Source of the DNA: Lama guanicoe
Lineage: Eukaryota
NCBI GenBank assembly: GCA_013239625.1
Contig: MU054338.1
Span: 932,001 to 996,000, forward strand
Length of the DNA: 64,000 nt
Direction: 5' to 3'
Made by a program: the position numbers and the translations under genes. Positions 50,401-61,330 of the stretch are shown piece by piece. The notes beneath the pieces were generated by a model, which worked only from the letters and a program-made list of their open reading frames with translations, had not been told where the DNA came from and did no database searches. Within the stretch, counting starts at the first letter, position 1, and each line of letters begins with the position of its first letter.

Positions 50401-51467
50401 CAGGGGTTGCAGAGAAGGGGCTCAGGCCCAGGACTGGGGGTCTCCAGGGCTCGGGGAGCCGATGTCCCAGTGAAAAGTCCCAGCAAGTCAGGGTTACACC
50501 AACATCCCCGGGCCAGTGGGGAGACTCAGGCCAGAGCGGGAGGTGAGCTGCCTGGAGGCCCCATAGCAATCAGGGAGGACCGAGGAGAACTCAAACTGAC
50601 CCCCTGGGCTCTCCACTGCTCGCCCCTCCTTGCTGCCCTGCTTCTAGAAAGCAAACACCAGCCCAGCCTGGTGGCCAAGGGCTAAATGCTCAAGGGTGGC
50701 TTTATCCTTACACGTTCCCAGTCTCCCTGCCTGCTGGTGGGGTGGGGGGCATTTAGGAACATAAATCCAATCACACCCCCCCTGCTCCAGAACCATCTAT
50801 GGCTCCCCAGTGCCCTGCAGAGAAAATCCAACTTCATCTGTCTCTGCTGACCTCCCTGACCCTCCCCAAACGAAGGGCCCCCGTTACACCTCTAACACCC
50901 GTGGCCCTGTTCTGGCGATGTATTTGTTTATCTGTTTGTCTTCTGTTTTCCCTGCAGCCTCATTTGAACGAGGGACGGGACCTTGTCTGTTCCAGGGTGT
51001 GGGTGAGACTCAGCAAATGCCCCACAACAGTAGACACTCCGGGAGCCTGGCTCCGTGGGCCCTGTAATTTTAGCACAGCTGTAGCCGCCTGTTCCCAGCC
51101 TGGGGCCTCTGTGCTTCTGGAGGGACCAGAGGTGAGGGGCCGATGTCCCTCCGTGACCTGGTGGATAAATGCCCATTCTTTGTCCTTGGCAGTGACCTCT
51201 TGGAGGTGTGTCCCTCGAGACCCCTCCCAGGTTGCCTGCACGGCCACAGCCCATCAGCCCGCCCTGCTAAGACGTTGCTTCCTGTCTGTCCCTGCCACAC
51301 TCCCGTGGCCTCCTGGATAACCTCACCCAGCCCGAGTCTCGGGCTCAGCTTTTGAGGACCCCACTCTGAGACACCACAAGCGGAGTGCCTGGGGTCCACG
51401 GACAGGAAATACACATTGCAAAGCCCTCCCACTTCCTTCCTCCAAATGCCACCATTTAAAAAAAATC

Positions 51468-51665
51468 TAAAAATAAGACAAAGCAACAAGTTTCCACTGT
51501 AGAGCACAGGGAACTATACTCAGTGTCTTGTAGTGACATATAACGGAAAAGGCTCTGAAGAGGAATCTATAAACGTACATGGATGAGTGAAGCATTATGC
51601 TGTACACCGGAAACTGTCACAACGTTGTACACTGACTATACTTCAATTAAAAAAAAGAAAAAAGA
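51468..51665 (+). mobile_element. 5'-truncated cetartiodactyl-type L1 3' end
   Basis: AACAAGTTTCCACTGTAGAGCACAGGGAACTATACTCAGTGTCTTGTAG...GCTGTACACCGGAAACT...GACTATACTTCAATTAAAAAAAA. Confidence 0.85.
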
Positions 51666-51691
51666 AGAATAGTTACATCAAAAAAAATATC

Positions 51692-51790
51692 GGGGAGGTG
51701 GGTATAGCTCGGTGGTACAGCGTGTGCTTAGCATGCACGAGGTCCTGGGTTCAGTCCCCAGTACCACCGTTAAAGAAAAAATATATAATA
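51692..51790 (+). mobile_element. tRNA-Ala-derived SINE (vic-1-like) directly after the L1 tail
   Basis: GGGGAGGTGGGTATAGCTCGGTGGTACAGCGTGTGCTTAGCATGCACGAGGTCCTGGGTTCAGTCCCCAGTACC plus A-rich tail. Confidence 0.88.
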
Positions 51791-52968
51791 AAAAAATAAG
51801 GTATTTCTCAAAATCTGCAGTGAGATGGCAAAGACACAGAAATGAGAGTGGGAGCAAGAGGTAAAGGGACACAAACTCCAGTGGTGCCACTCGTCCCACA
51901 GCCGGGGTGCCAGGGTCTTGGCGTTCTGGGATCTGGGCACTTGGGCATCTCATGATCTCAGGATCCTGTGATGTTCAGGCTTTGCTCCTTTATCCTCCCC
52001 CAGGGAGGCAAAGCAGCTTCTGGGGGAGGCAGGCGCCTCTCCTCTGAAGAGTTTGCAGGTCCCTGCGGCCCCAGGGGATTGGGTTCCTCTCCTTCTCCCA
52101 AGGGCATCACTGACCTGCTTGGCCAGCGGGAGCTGCATCTGAGGTGACGAAGGCGGAGTGTGGCCGTCGTCATGAGAACAACAGCTGACATCTTCTTCTC
52201 GGTACTCGCAGTCACTGTCTGTCATGGACACAATCACTGTCCCCTTTCTACAGAAGGGGACACTGAAGCATCGCAGTAGGCAAATGTCAAAGCCAGGGTT
52301 CTGCTCCCTGGTCTGTGTCTCTCCCCAGCTGAGCCTTTCCTAACAGTCCTCTGACCAGGGCCCTCTCCTGCATTACAGCCCGCCAGGGCTCCCCACTGCC
52401 CACAGGGTCCTGCCCCTGCCTGGGCACACACTGTCCCCCACCTCTGCCCGTCCCTCCTCTGAAGGCTGCACTCAGCCCTCCTAGGCCCAAACTAAGTTTC
52501 AGCTGGTTCCCTCAGTGGGCGCGTCCTTGGGGCCCTGGGGAGGCCGGCCAGCAGCTTCCTCGGCCCTGCCCGCTGTCCTAGTTCTGGCCCAGCCCCTGAC
52601 CGCAGTGCCCGTTTTGCAGCTGGGGAAACAGAGGCTCAGGAAAGGTCGCAGGCTTGCCCAGCAGGTGCGAATCACAGCCGTAACAACCATGGTAACTCAC
52701 GATGGGGCTGTGTGAGAATCGCGTCAGTTGTGGGCACCTCTGTGGTCACTGAGCGACCTGGAGCCCCGGCTGGTGAGCCCAGACCCTGTGGGGACGAGGT
52801 GAACGCAGGCCTTCCCAGCCGCGCCGAGGTCAGGGTAGGGTCAGAGAGCGGGAGGTGGGGGAGGGGCGGGGGGCTGGGGACGGGCAGGAAGCAGGGTTTT
52901 CTAAGTGAAGAGGGAAGGGAACTCCTGGCGGAGGTACCAGCGCTTGCATAAGCTGGGAGATGTGGCTG

Positions 52969-53046
52969 TTTTTTTTCTTTAAACGGAGGTGCTGCCCAGG
53001 ACCTCCTGCACGCGAAGCACACACTCTGCCACTGAGCTGCACCCCC
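52969..53046 (-). mobile_element. Degenerate tRNA-Ala-derived SINE with internal deletion
   Basis: Minus strand GGGGGTGCAGCTCAGTGGCAGAGTGTGTGCTTCGCGTGCAGGAGGTCCTGGGCAGCACCTCCGTTTAAAGAAAAAAAA; B box partly lost. Confidence 0.8.
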
Positions 53047-56000
53047 AGCCAAAGGCTCAGGGATGCGGACGGGCACCCTCAGGAATCCACCCGCTGTGGA
53101 GAGAGGACTCTGCGCTCTTCCCGAAGGTACTGGGAGCCTCAAGCAGGCAGGGCCGCGGCCCTGATTTGCCGCCCAGATTTATAACTCCACCCTGGGGCAA
53201 GTGGAAGCAAGAGGCTCCGCTGGGAACCTGTGATGCTCCAAGCATTAAGTAAGCACCTACCGTGGACCAGCTTTTGTCCTTGCGCTCAGAGGTGACGTCA
53301 TGCTGGTTCCGGGACAGCAGTGGTTCTGCCTGCATCGCCTCCTGACAGCAGGGCCAGCCTCACTGGCCAGCCCCGAGGCTCCTAATGCGCACGCAGGAGG
53401 CTTCCAGCCTTTTTTGCACCACCGGAGACAGCAGAAGCCTGGAGGGTCGGGAGCTGGGTCTCGGTGGCGCGGGGGTGCATGGTGGGGCCAGTGCTGGTTC
53501 TGTTCCAGACCCAACACCACTGGTCCACATCTGGGTTCTCTCCCCAGGGCCTGCGGACCCTTCCGGCAGCTCTGACAGTGTGTGAGGCGGGCGGCCAGGG
53601 CATTAAAGTTAACTTCCTCTTAAACAGACTTAATTAGTGTGCTCCAATCCCACATAAATTAATCGTGGCTGGCCACGGAGGCTGGAGCACCAGATCGATG
53701 CATGGCTGAGCGGTGGTGAGGATTCTCCAGCTCATCCGTCACGTCGTGCTGGCTGATAACGGTTCACGGCTTTATCTTCTCCCACCAGGCCTTGGACGGC
53801 CGGAGGAGTCTGCGGGGGGCAGCCCCTCTCTGGGCCTCAGTTTCCACATCTGTGAAATGGGGCTGTGCTCACAGGAGGAGAGGCTGGCAATAAGACTGCA
53901 GAGGAAGGGGTAAGGCAATAACGTAACCATCCCCCAGCGGGTCATTGGACCGCCTGGTGCTAAATATCACCTAGTTTAATCCTGGGGAGGGAGGGGCTCT
54001 GAGGCACCTATTTCCTGATATGTCAGCTGAGGGCAGAAGAGGTCGTGTGAACCAGGCATCGAGCTCCAGAACATAGTTCGACCGTGTACCCAGGCGCCTC
54101 CTGCTTGGGGACCATCACCTGTGGCACTGATTGCACACCTGCTATATCAGGGGAAGGGCCCCCTGGAGGCCCTGCACCCCAGACTCTGCTGAGGGAAGAG
54201 AGCACCCCCAAGTCCTCAGGAGTCAGTGGGCTTGAACAGGGTCGGGGGCATCCTAGGAGGTGAGGGGTGCAGGCCGCTCCCAGAATACCCCTCTGGACAA
54301 GCCCAGCCTCGCAGGCCTTGTGCCCTCCCAAGGCCAGGAGGCAGGCAGGGGTCTCCAGAGCCCTCTGAGTGGGGACCGTGACCCCGCATTCCTGCCTATC
54401 TACACAAAGGTATTGTGACCACCTCCTGAGCACCAGCCCCTGGTCTGGACACTGGGAAGCCTGCAGTGACAACATGAGGTGGGGCCTCTTTCTGTGGTAG
54501 AGACAAACAAGTGAATGTCTAATTAGAAAATGGTGGAGGGTTCAGGGAGGGCTTTCTGGAGGTGGGGTGTTGGGCTGAGACCTGGAGGAGGAAGGGCTGA
54601 GGGAGGAAGGGTGGGTGAGGGAAAACTGAGCCCACCACAAAGGGTTGGAGAGTGGGGGAAGTAGGAAGGGGCTCCAGAAAGGCTCCAAACCTGGAACCAT
54701 TGTGAAGTTGGGGGCACAAGAGTGGGCTGGAACACCTGCTGAGGGGAAGAGCCCAGCGGTGGTGTGGCCTTGGAGTGGCATGACTCACATGGGCTCGTGG
54801 CCCGCAGGCAGAGCTTACGCGGGGCCGTGGCCTCTACGCAGGGCAGCTTGGGCCGCGGCGCACTCAGGCGGGGTCACCCCTCTCTGAGGGCAGAGCTCAT
54901 GTAGCAAGTGCCGCCACCCCCCGCCCAGGGAGCATTTGGACTGAAATGAGCTTTGAGAGATCTATGTCTCAAGGTCCCTGAAGCTGCTGGCAGATAGAAC
55001 TGAATGTGGACTGCCTTGAGGCCTGTGGGGCAGAATCGGGCCCTAAGGCGTGGGGGCAGGGGGTTGAGGAGGAATGTAAGGGGCCTTAGAGGCTCTGCTT
55101 GGGGGGCAGGGAGGGCTCCCCAAGGAGAGGATGTAAAAGGAGAAGGAGCCAGCTAGGTGACAAGAAGACAGGAGGTGCATGTGCAAAGGCCCTGAGGCAG
55201 GCACAGCAGAGAGGCATGTTTGGTGAAGGCAGAGTAGGGGGTGGGGAGTGGCAGAGCCTCAAACATTAGGTGGAAAAGTAGGTGGGATGGGCGGGGATCT
55301 GGGTTTTACTGGGAAGGCAGGAAACCGTGGGGGGCTTCCAGCAGGTGGGGGGACAACAATGCCGTTGTCTTTTGGAAAGTCCCTTCGGGTACCACATGGA
55401 AGCTGGGAGTGGGGGCAGGAGGAAAGGAAGGAGGAGGCGGGGGACCACAGTCCAGGCAGGAAACAAGGGGGGACTGTGGGGTGCAGAGGTGGAGAGAAGT
55501 GGCTAGATTAGGGTTCAATTTTAAGGGAGGTTGGAAGAAGCAGAGAGGATTCCCCAACCAGCCCGGGGGGGCACAGGAGGCGGTGCGTCCCCATCTCCAC
55601 CCCCTTCACAGCCGCCTGAGCCCGGACAGGAGCTTCGATCCCCGGGGCTCAGGGCTGCCTGGCTGTATTGCTCACACACAGATTTCAGGCCCAGCCCTGC
55701 ACGCCTGCCATTGTGTTCACGTCTGGCTGCTGCAGGGAGCCTGGCCAGACCTCAAAGCAAACTGTTCCTGGCCCAGCATCAAACAGCCACCCAGGCGGCC
55801 GGCTCCCCCACCTGACTGGCCTCAGTTTACCCGTCTGTGCAGTGGAGCCTTGTGGGGACCACACCAGAAGAGAGGTTGCTAGTGGGGGCTCTGCAGGCAG
55901 GGGCAGCAACGTGTGACCCCCGCCCGAGCTCCGCCGCGGGGACACTGCACACAAACGCCCCAGCCCCAGGGCCGGGGCGGAGAGTCACCCTCCCTGGGCA

Positions 56001-58289
56001 TCAGACTCCCCACCTGGGGCTGGCTGAGTGCTGGCTAAACAACAATTACAACAATACCAAAAAAAAAAAAACCTGCCCAGGACAGCCATAAGGGGCTTCC
56101 TAGGCACCCTGGTTACTTGGGCCAACAGGCCTCTCCCTCTGGGTCCAGCAGGAAGGATGCTGGCGGTTAGATAAAAGTGACAACTTTGGAAAATGATGGC
56201 CAGGGAGTGGCTGAGCGGGGTCCTGGGCAGACGGGCCAGAGGCAGCCAGCCCTGTGTCCTCAGTCCGTCTCCACTGGCCCGTCGGGGACCTTGGTCAGGC
56301 CACTGGGCTCTCTGAGCCACAGTTTCCCCATCTGGGGTGGTTTATGCCGTGAGGCAGACTTCTGAAGCCCGGAGCTGCAGACGGGGTTCAAGAACGAACG
56401 AGGTTACCTGTGTAAAACGAGCCCCCGCCATTAGAACGTCACCTCCTGTAGCGGGGGCTGGGCCCCTGCCCCAGGGGCACCTCCAGAGCCTGGGTAGAAG
56501 GCGGACAGGCGGGGGGGCGAGGACGGAGGGGCTGTCCTTTCCTTTTAGGGGACCCAGTGCCTCTCTAAAGCCCCAGGAATGGCCTGTGGTAGGTCTGTGT
56601 GTCTTTGAGCCTCAGTTTTACCAGCTCTGAAATGGCCACACCGACTGGCATGCCTGGTCAGCCTGGCCCCCTCTCCGTGCTGCTTGCACCCCCCAAGGGC
56701 CGGAGAGCTCACCCCCTCCCCAGAGCCTGCAGGTGGAGGTTTGACGTGTGCCAGGCTAGGGCCTGAGAACGGGTCTGGGGGAGGCAGTTCTGAGAAGAGG
56801 TGGAGACATTTCTCAGAAACCCTGAGACCCTGAGGGACTCCTTCCCTTTCTCAGAAGCACTCCCCCCACCACTCGGGAAGACGCCTGGGCAAGAAATGTG
56901 GGCAGCTGCAGGCTGCAGATGAGTCCAGTCCCTGACCGTGCCCCCTGCCCCCCACCTGGCCGCCCCCCATCTTCCCTCTCTCCAGCCATGGCCCCCCAGC
57001 CCAGGCCAGGGTCTCCTGCCTCCTGCCTGACACCTGGGGGCTCCCATCCTTCCCCTCCAGGCCCTGGGCCCACCAGCCCCTTCCACAAGGTGCCTACTGG
57101 CTCTGAGCCAACAGCCTCGCCACCCCCCCCCCCCCCCCCCTCTACTAGGTACACTCACTGCTCTGGGCTGAGGACAGTGAGTCCAGGGTTCACACACACT
57201 CAGCACAAATTTGGGGGCTGCTTTGTCCCGGCCTGCCCACTGTCCGGGCACAGTCCCCTTCCCACACTGGGGAGGGGGTGACACACTGACTTGCAGCCCC
57301 TTCTCCCCAAAGGCTCCCCCGCTGCTCTGGCCCCAGGTCACACTGGACCCAAGCACCCCTCCAGAGGGGACATCTCTGGGTCCCCTCCCCCAGCAAGCAG
57401 ACAGCCCAGTGGACGCCTCCCTAGGTGTCATGGTTGTCAGCCCTGGGGCAGCGGGGCCACCTTGATATTGCCCTGGGAATGGCCACGACAAGTTTCCAGC
57501 AGACAAGCCCCTCCTGGTGCACAACTGGGGTCTCACCCCAGGCCCCCCAGGAGGTGAGGTACTCATCCTTGTCCAAGTGTCAATTCCCGAGTCAGTGCGT
57601 GTCCCCGGTCACCATGGTGTCTACAGAAGGAAGGTGGGGCGCTGGACACTGGTGGGCAGTGGTCGGGGTCGAGGTGCAGGGGGGCCCTGCCCTGGCGGTG
57701 GGGAGGCGACGCCAAGAAGAAAAGCAGGGGCATCCTGCTCCCGCCCCCACGCCCCGCCGCGGCTCCCAGGGCGGCGCTCACCCTCCCCGCAGACCCCGGC
57801 AGTTAGTCCAGAGCCTGGGGGGGAGGTGGGCAGGGGGAGAGAGGGTCAGACTCAGATCTGCAGCCCGGCCACCGGGTGTCCCTCTGCCCTACTTGAAGGG
57901 TCTCCCTGGGGTGGCCCCTCCATGAAGGCTCTGCCACCCACTCCCCCTCGGGATGGTGCGTCCCTACCTTCCAGGAAATCGCTGATCAGTCACCGGAGCT
58001 TTCAAAGCTGCAGCCTCCAATTTCTGCCATAATAATACAAGTTTCATATCCATCAGAACAGCTTTAAGAAACAGGGCAAAAAAAAAGAGAGAGAAATACA
58101 TTTTGGAGAAGACATGGAGGAACTGGGGTCCTGGGGCATCGCCGGGGGGAATGCGAGATGGGGCAGCCACAGTGGGAGGCAGCCAGGGGCTCCCTGGGAG
58201 GTTAAACCCGTGGTCCAGCCGCTCCAGCCCCAGGGCCAAGATCCGTGGGAGCAGCTGCAGCCTCAGCTTGAACACTGGATTCTAAAAAA

Positions 58290-58905
58290 TCGAGGTAAAA
58301 TTGACTTAATGCAAAGCTAACCATTTCAGAGCAAACAATTCAGTGATTTTCAATAATTTACGATGGCAGGGGTGAGCAGACATCACCTCTGTCTAGCTCC
58401 AGAACATCCCACCACCCCAAAAGGAGGGCCCTTCTCCACCAGCAGTTTCCCCCATCCTCACGCCAAAGGAAGGCCCGTCTGCATGAGCAGTCACCCCCCC
58501 CAGCCCCTGACAGCCAGGAGCCCCCTCCCTGTGTCTGGGGACTGGCCTATGCTGGACGTCTCACATCCACGGATCACACGCTGTGCATCCTCCTGTGTCT
58601 GCTTCTCTCCCTGAGTGTCGTGCTCTCAGGGTCCGTCCCCGTGGGAGCGGGTGTCAGGGCTGCTCTCCTGTTGACAGCTGAGCAATGTCCCCAAGTACGG
58701 AGGGACCACAACTGTTTATCCATCATCCGCTGATGGACACTTGGGTGCTTCCACCTTACTGCTGTGAATCGTGCTGCTGCGAACACGGGTGTGCAAGTAT
58801 TTATTCGAGTCCCCGCTGTCCATTCTTTGGGGGACTCATCCAGGAGTGGGCTTGCTGGGTCATATGGTAATTCTATGTTTATCTTTGAGGAACCTCCAAA
58901 CTTCC
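58290..58905 (-). mobile_element. Old L1 (L1MB-like) ORF2 C-terminus plus 3' UTR
   Basis: ORF 58574-58909 gives INIELPYDPASPLL...CTPVFAAARFT..RWKHP, matching the L1 ORF2 C-terminal motif IELPYDPAIPLLGIYP...CTPMFIAALFTIAKRWKQP. Confidence 0.88.
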
Positions 58906-59186
58906 CCACTGCGCCTGCCCAGTACAGTCCCTGAATTTCACCTGCATCCTCTGGGGAGAAAGAGACGCCTGAAACAGCGAGTGTGTGGCGTTCGGCTTAG
59001 CCAGACCATCGTTCAAATTCCCCACGCTCACTCCGGCCTCAGTTTCCCCGTCTGACGGGGGTGCAGATGGGGTCAGATCGGGGTTTCCACTCTTTGCCGA
59101 GAGTGGCAGAACCATCTTTTCCTCAAAGATTGATAGCAAGCTAGTGGTTCAGACCGACGGAATAGGGGGCTCTCCTCCCGGTGGGG

Positions 59187-59625
59187 TGCAGGTTTCCTAT
59201 TGCTGCTGTAACAAACTCACAAATTGAGGGCTTACAGCCGCACACATTCATTCTCTTTCAAGCCCGGAGGTCACAGCTCCGACATGGGTCTCACAGGCCT
59301 GGGCAGGGCAGCTCCCTCCTGAGGCTCCAGGGGGGAATCAGCCTTTTCCAGCTTCAAGAGGCGCCGCATCCCTGGCTTGCGGCCCCTCCCTCCATCCTCA
59401 CCGCCAGCAGCGCAGCATCTCCCATCTTTCTCTGACTCTGACCCTCCCGCCTCCCTCTGATGAGGACCCTACGATGACACAGTGACCCTGGGGAATCCAG
59501 GGTCACCCCCATCCCAGGGGCCCTAACTGACCTCACCTGCAGAGTCTGCCGTGTGAGGTGGTGTATCCACGGGTCCCCGGGACTAGGGAAGGGCGTCATT
59601 GGGGACCACTATTCAGCCCATCACA
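59187..59625 (-). mobile_element. MLT1-family MaLR solo LTR
   Basis: Ends GTTTCCTATTGCTGCTGTAACAAA and CACTATTCAGCCCATCACA match recalled MLT1 termini; ~440 bp. Confidence 0.8.
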
Positions 59626-59771
59626 GAGGACACCCCCTCACTCAGCCTCCTTCATCCTGACCCGACCTCGAAGCCAGGCCACATTCACAGCCTCTGAGGC
59701 TGCAGGAGCAGCCTCCCATCACTCACTCAACCAGCATTTATTGAGCACCTGCTGTGAGCCAGGGCTGTCTA

Positions 59772-60408
59772 GCAGGGCCGACTTTGTGGGCAGGCGACCT
59801 ATGAAGCTGCCCAGGGCTCCACACCTGGTTTAACGCTCTGCTGCTGCCATCTTGAGAGTCTTAATAATCTGATCTCTGACCTTGTGTTCTGTCAGTGAAG
59901 TCTGGGACAATGGAGCAGAGTGTGAGCTCAGGCACAATTCCGCTCTGTTTCCGCTGCTCCGTGTGCACGACCGGCCTCCGTGGCTTCGGCCGGATGTTAG
60001 CGTGTCCAGAAGGGAAATACAAACAGCTGGGCTGGTTTTGTGCTTTGTCTCAAAGTCTTGGTGAGAACAAAACACGTGTGCACGCGCCATTTCTGCAATA
60101 CAAACGGCGTGCTCTCCAGGGATTCTGCAGATGAGGTTCGCGATCTTGTATCCGTTTGCGTTTCCGACTGGCATGGCGCAGATGAACAGCAACGTTCCAA
60201 CTTTTAATGTTTCTCTATTTCGTGACGACGTGAAATAGCATGTGGAAAAAAAAACGTGACAAGTGAAGAGAGAGAGAGACACTGTGGGAGAGAGGAGAAA
60301 GCTTTATCTTTTAGCAGCTTCGATGACACTTTGGTTCTTGTTTCTTGAACAAGCAGTCCTGCATTTTCATTTTGCAGCCAAGCCCCAGCTGCGTCGCCTC
60401 TGGTCCTG
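59772..60408 (+). mobile_element. MER45-family (hAT-Tip100) DNA transposon remnant
   Basis: Starts CAGGGCCGACTT...GGTTTAACGCTCTGCTG...CATCTTGAGAGTCTTAATAAT; ends TTGAACAAG...GCATTTTCATTTTGCA...GGTCCTG (imperfect terminal inverted repeats). Confidence 0.7.
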
Positions 60409-61116
60409 CATCCTGAGTGCTGGAGACGGCTGTGGACAGACAGGAACTCTAGTGGGAGAGACACACAAGGAACAAAAGGATATTTCAAATGTAAGGTGTA
60501 CAAGACAGTGACATGAGCTGTGCAGAAAAATTAAGTGGAGGGAGACTAGGGAGGAAAAGGGAGCTGCAGTTATGGATTTGTTACATCCATTAAATGCCTA
60601 CTATGTGCTGGTGGTGACAGTAATTTGCTTTCAAGTTGTCTGAGTACCAGAGGGGCCTGCTTCAGTCCCTCAGGCCGGACTCCCTGAAAGTGTCCCAATG
60701 GTGCTAAGCCAATGGCTTCTCAGCAACAGAGGGAAGGATTCCTACTTGCTGCCTCTGACAGAAAAATCCCATAGAAGAACTTTTATTGGCCAGTGTGGGT
60801 CACACACCCATTTCTGGACCAATCAGCACAGCCAGGGGGAGGAGCTACTACATTGGAGCTGGGGTTTTGAGGGATGCGTAGGAGTTTGGTGATGAAGGTG
60901 GAGGGCAGAGGAAGCAGCATCACTAAGAGAGAAAGCATGGCTGTAAAAGGCAATAGTGGTGGAGGCAGGCTAGGCCAAAGCCCTGAAGAGCCTTCCAAGA
61001 CAAGCGAGGAGAGTGGGACCTTTGTCCTCCACCAGTGAAGAGGCATAGGAAAGGCTTAGATCAGGGAAGGTAAGTACTAGATCTGCAAGTGAGAAAGAGC
61101 CCCCAGAGGTCTAGAT

Positions 61117-61330
61117 CAAGAGTCAGAAAACTATAGCCCGAGGGCCAACTATGGCCCTTGGCCTGTTCTTATCAATAAAGTTTTATTGGCCCACAGCCAT
61201 GCCCACTCATGTATATGTCACCGACGGTGCCATACTTTCACTCTGGGGGCAGAGCTGAGCCATCCTGACAGAGACTGGCAGGCCAACAAAGTTGAAATTA
61301 TTCACTCTCTAACCCTTTGCAGCCTGGTCC
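61117..61330 (+). mobile_element. MER58A-like DNA transposon remnant
   Basis: AAACTATAGCCCGAGGGCCAA...CAATAAAGTTTTATTGGCCCACAGCCATGCCCACTC. Confidence 0.8.
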
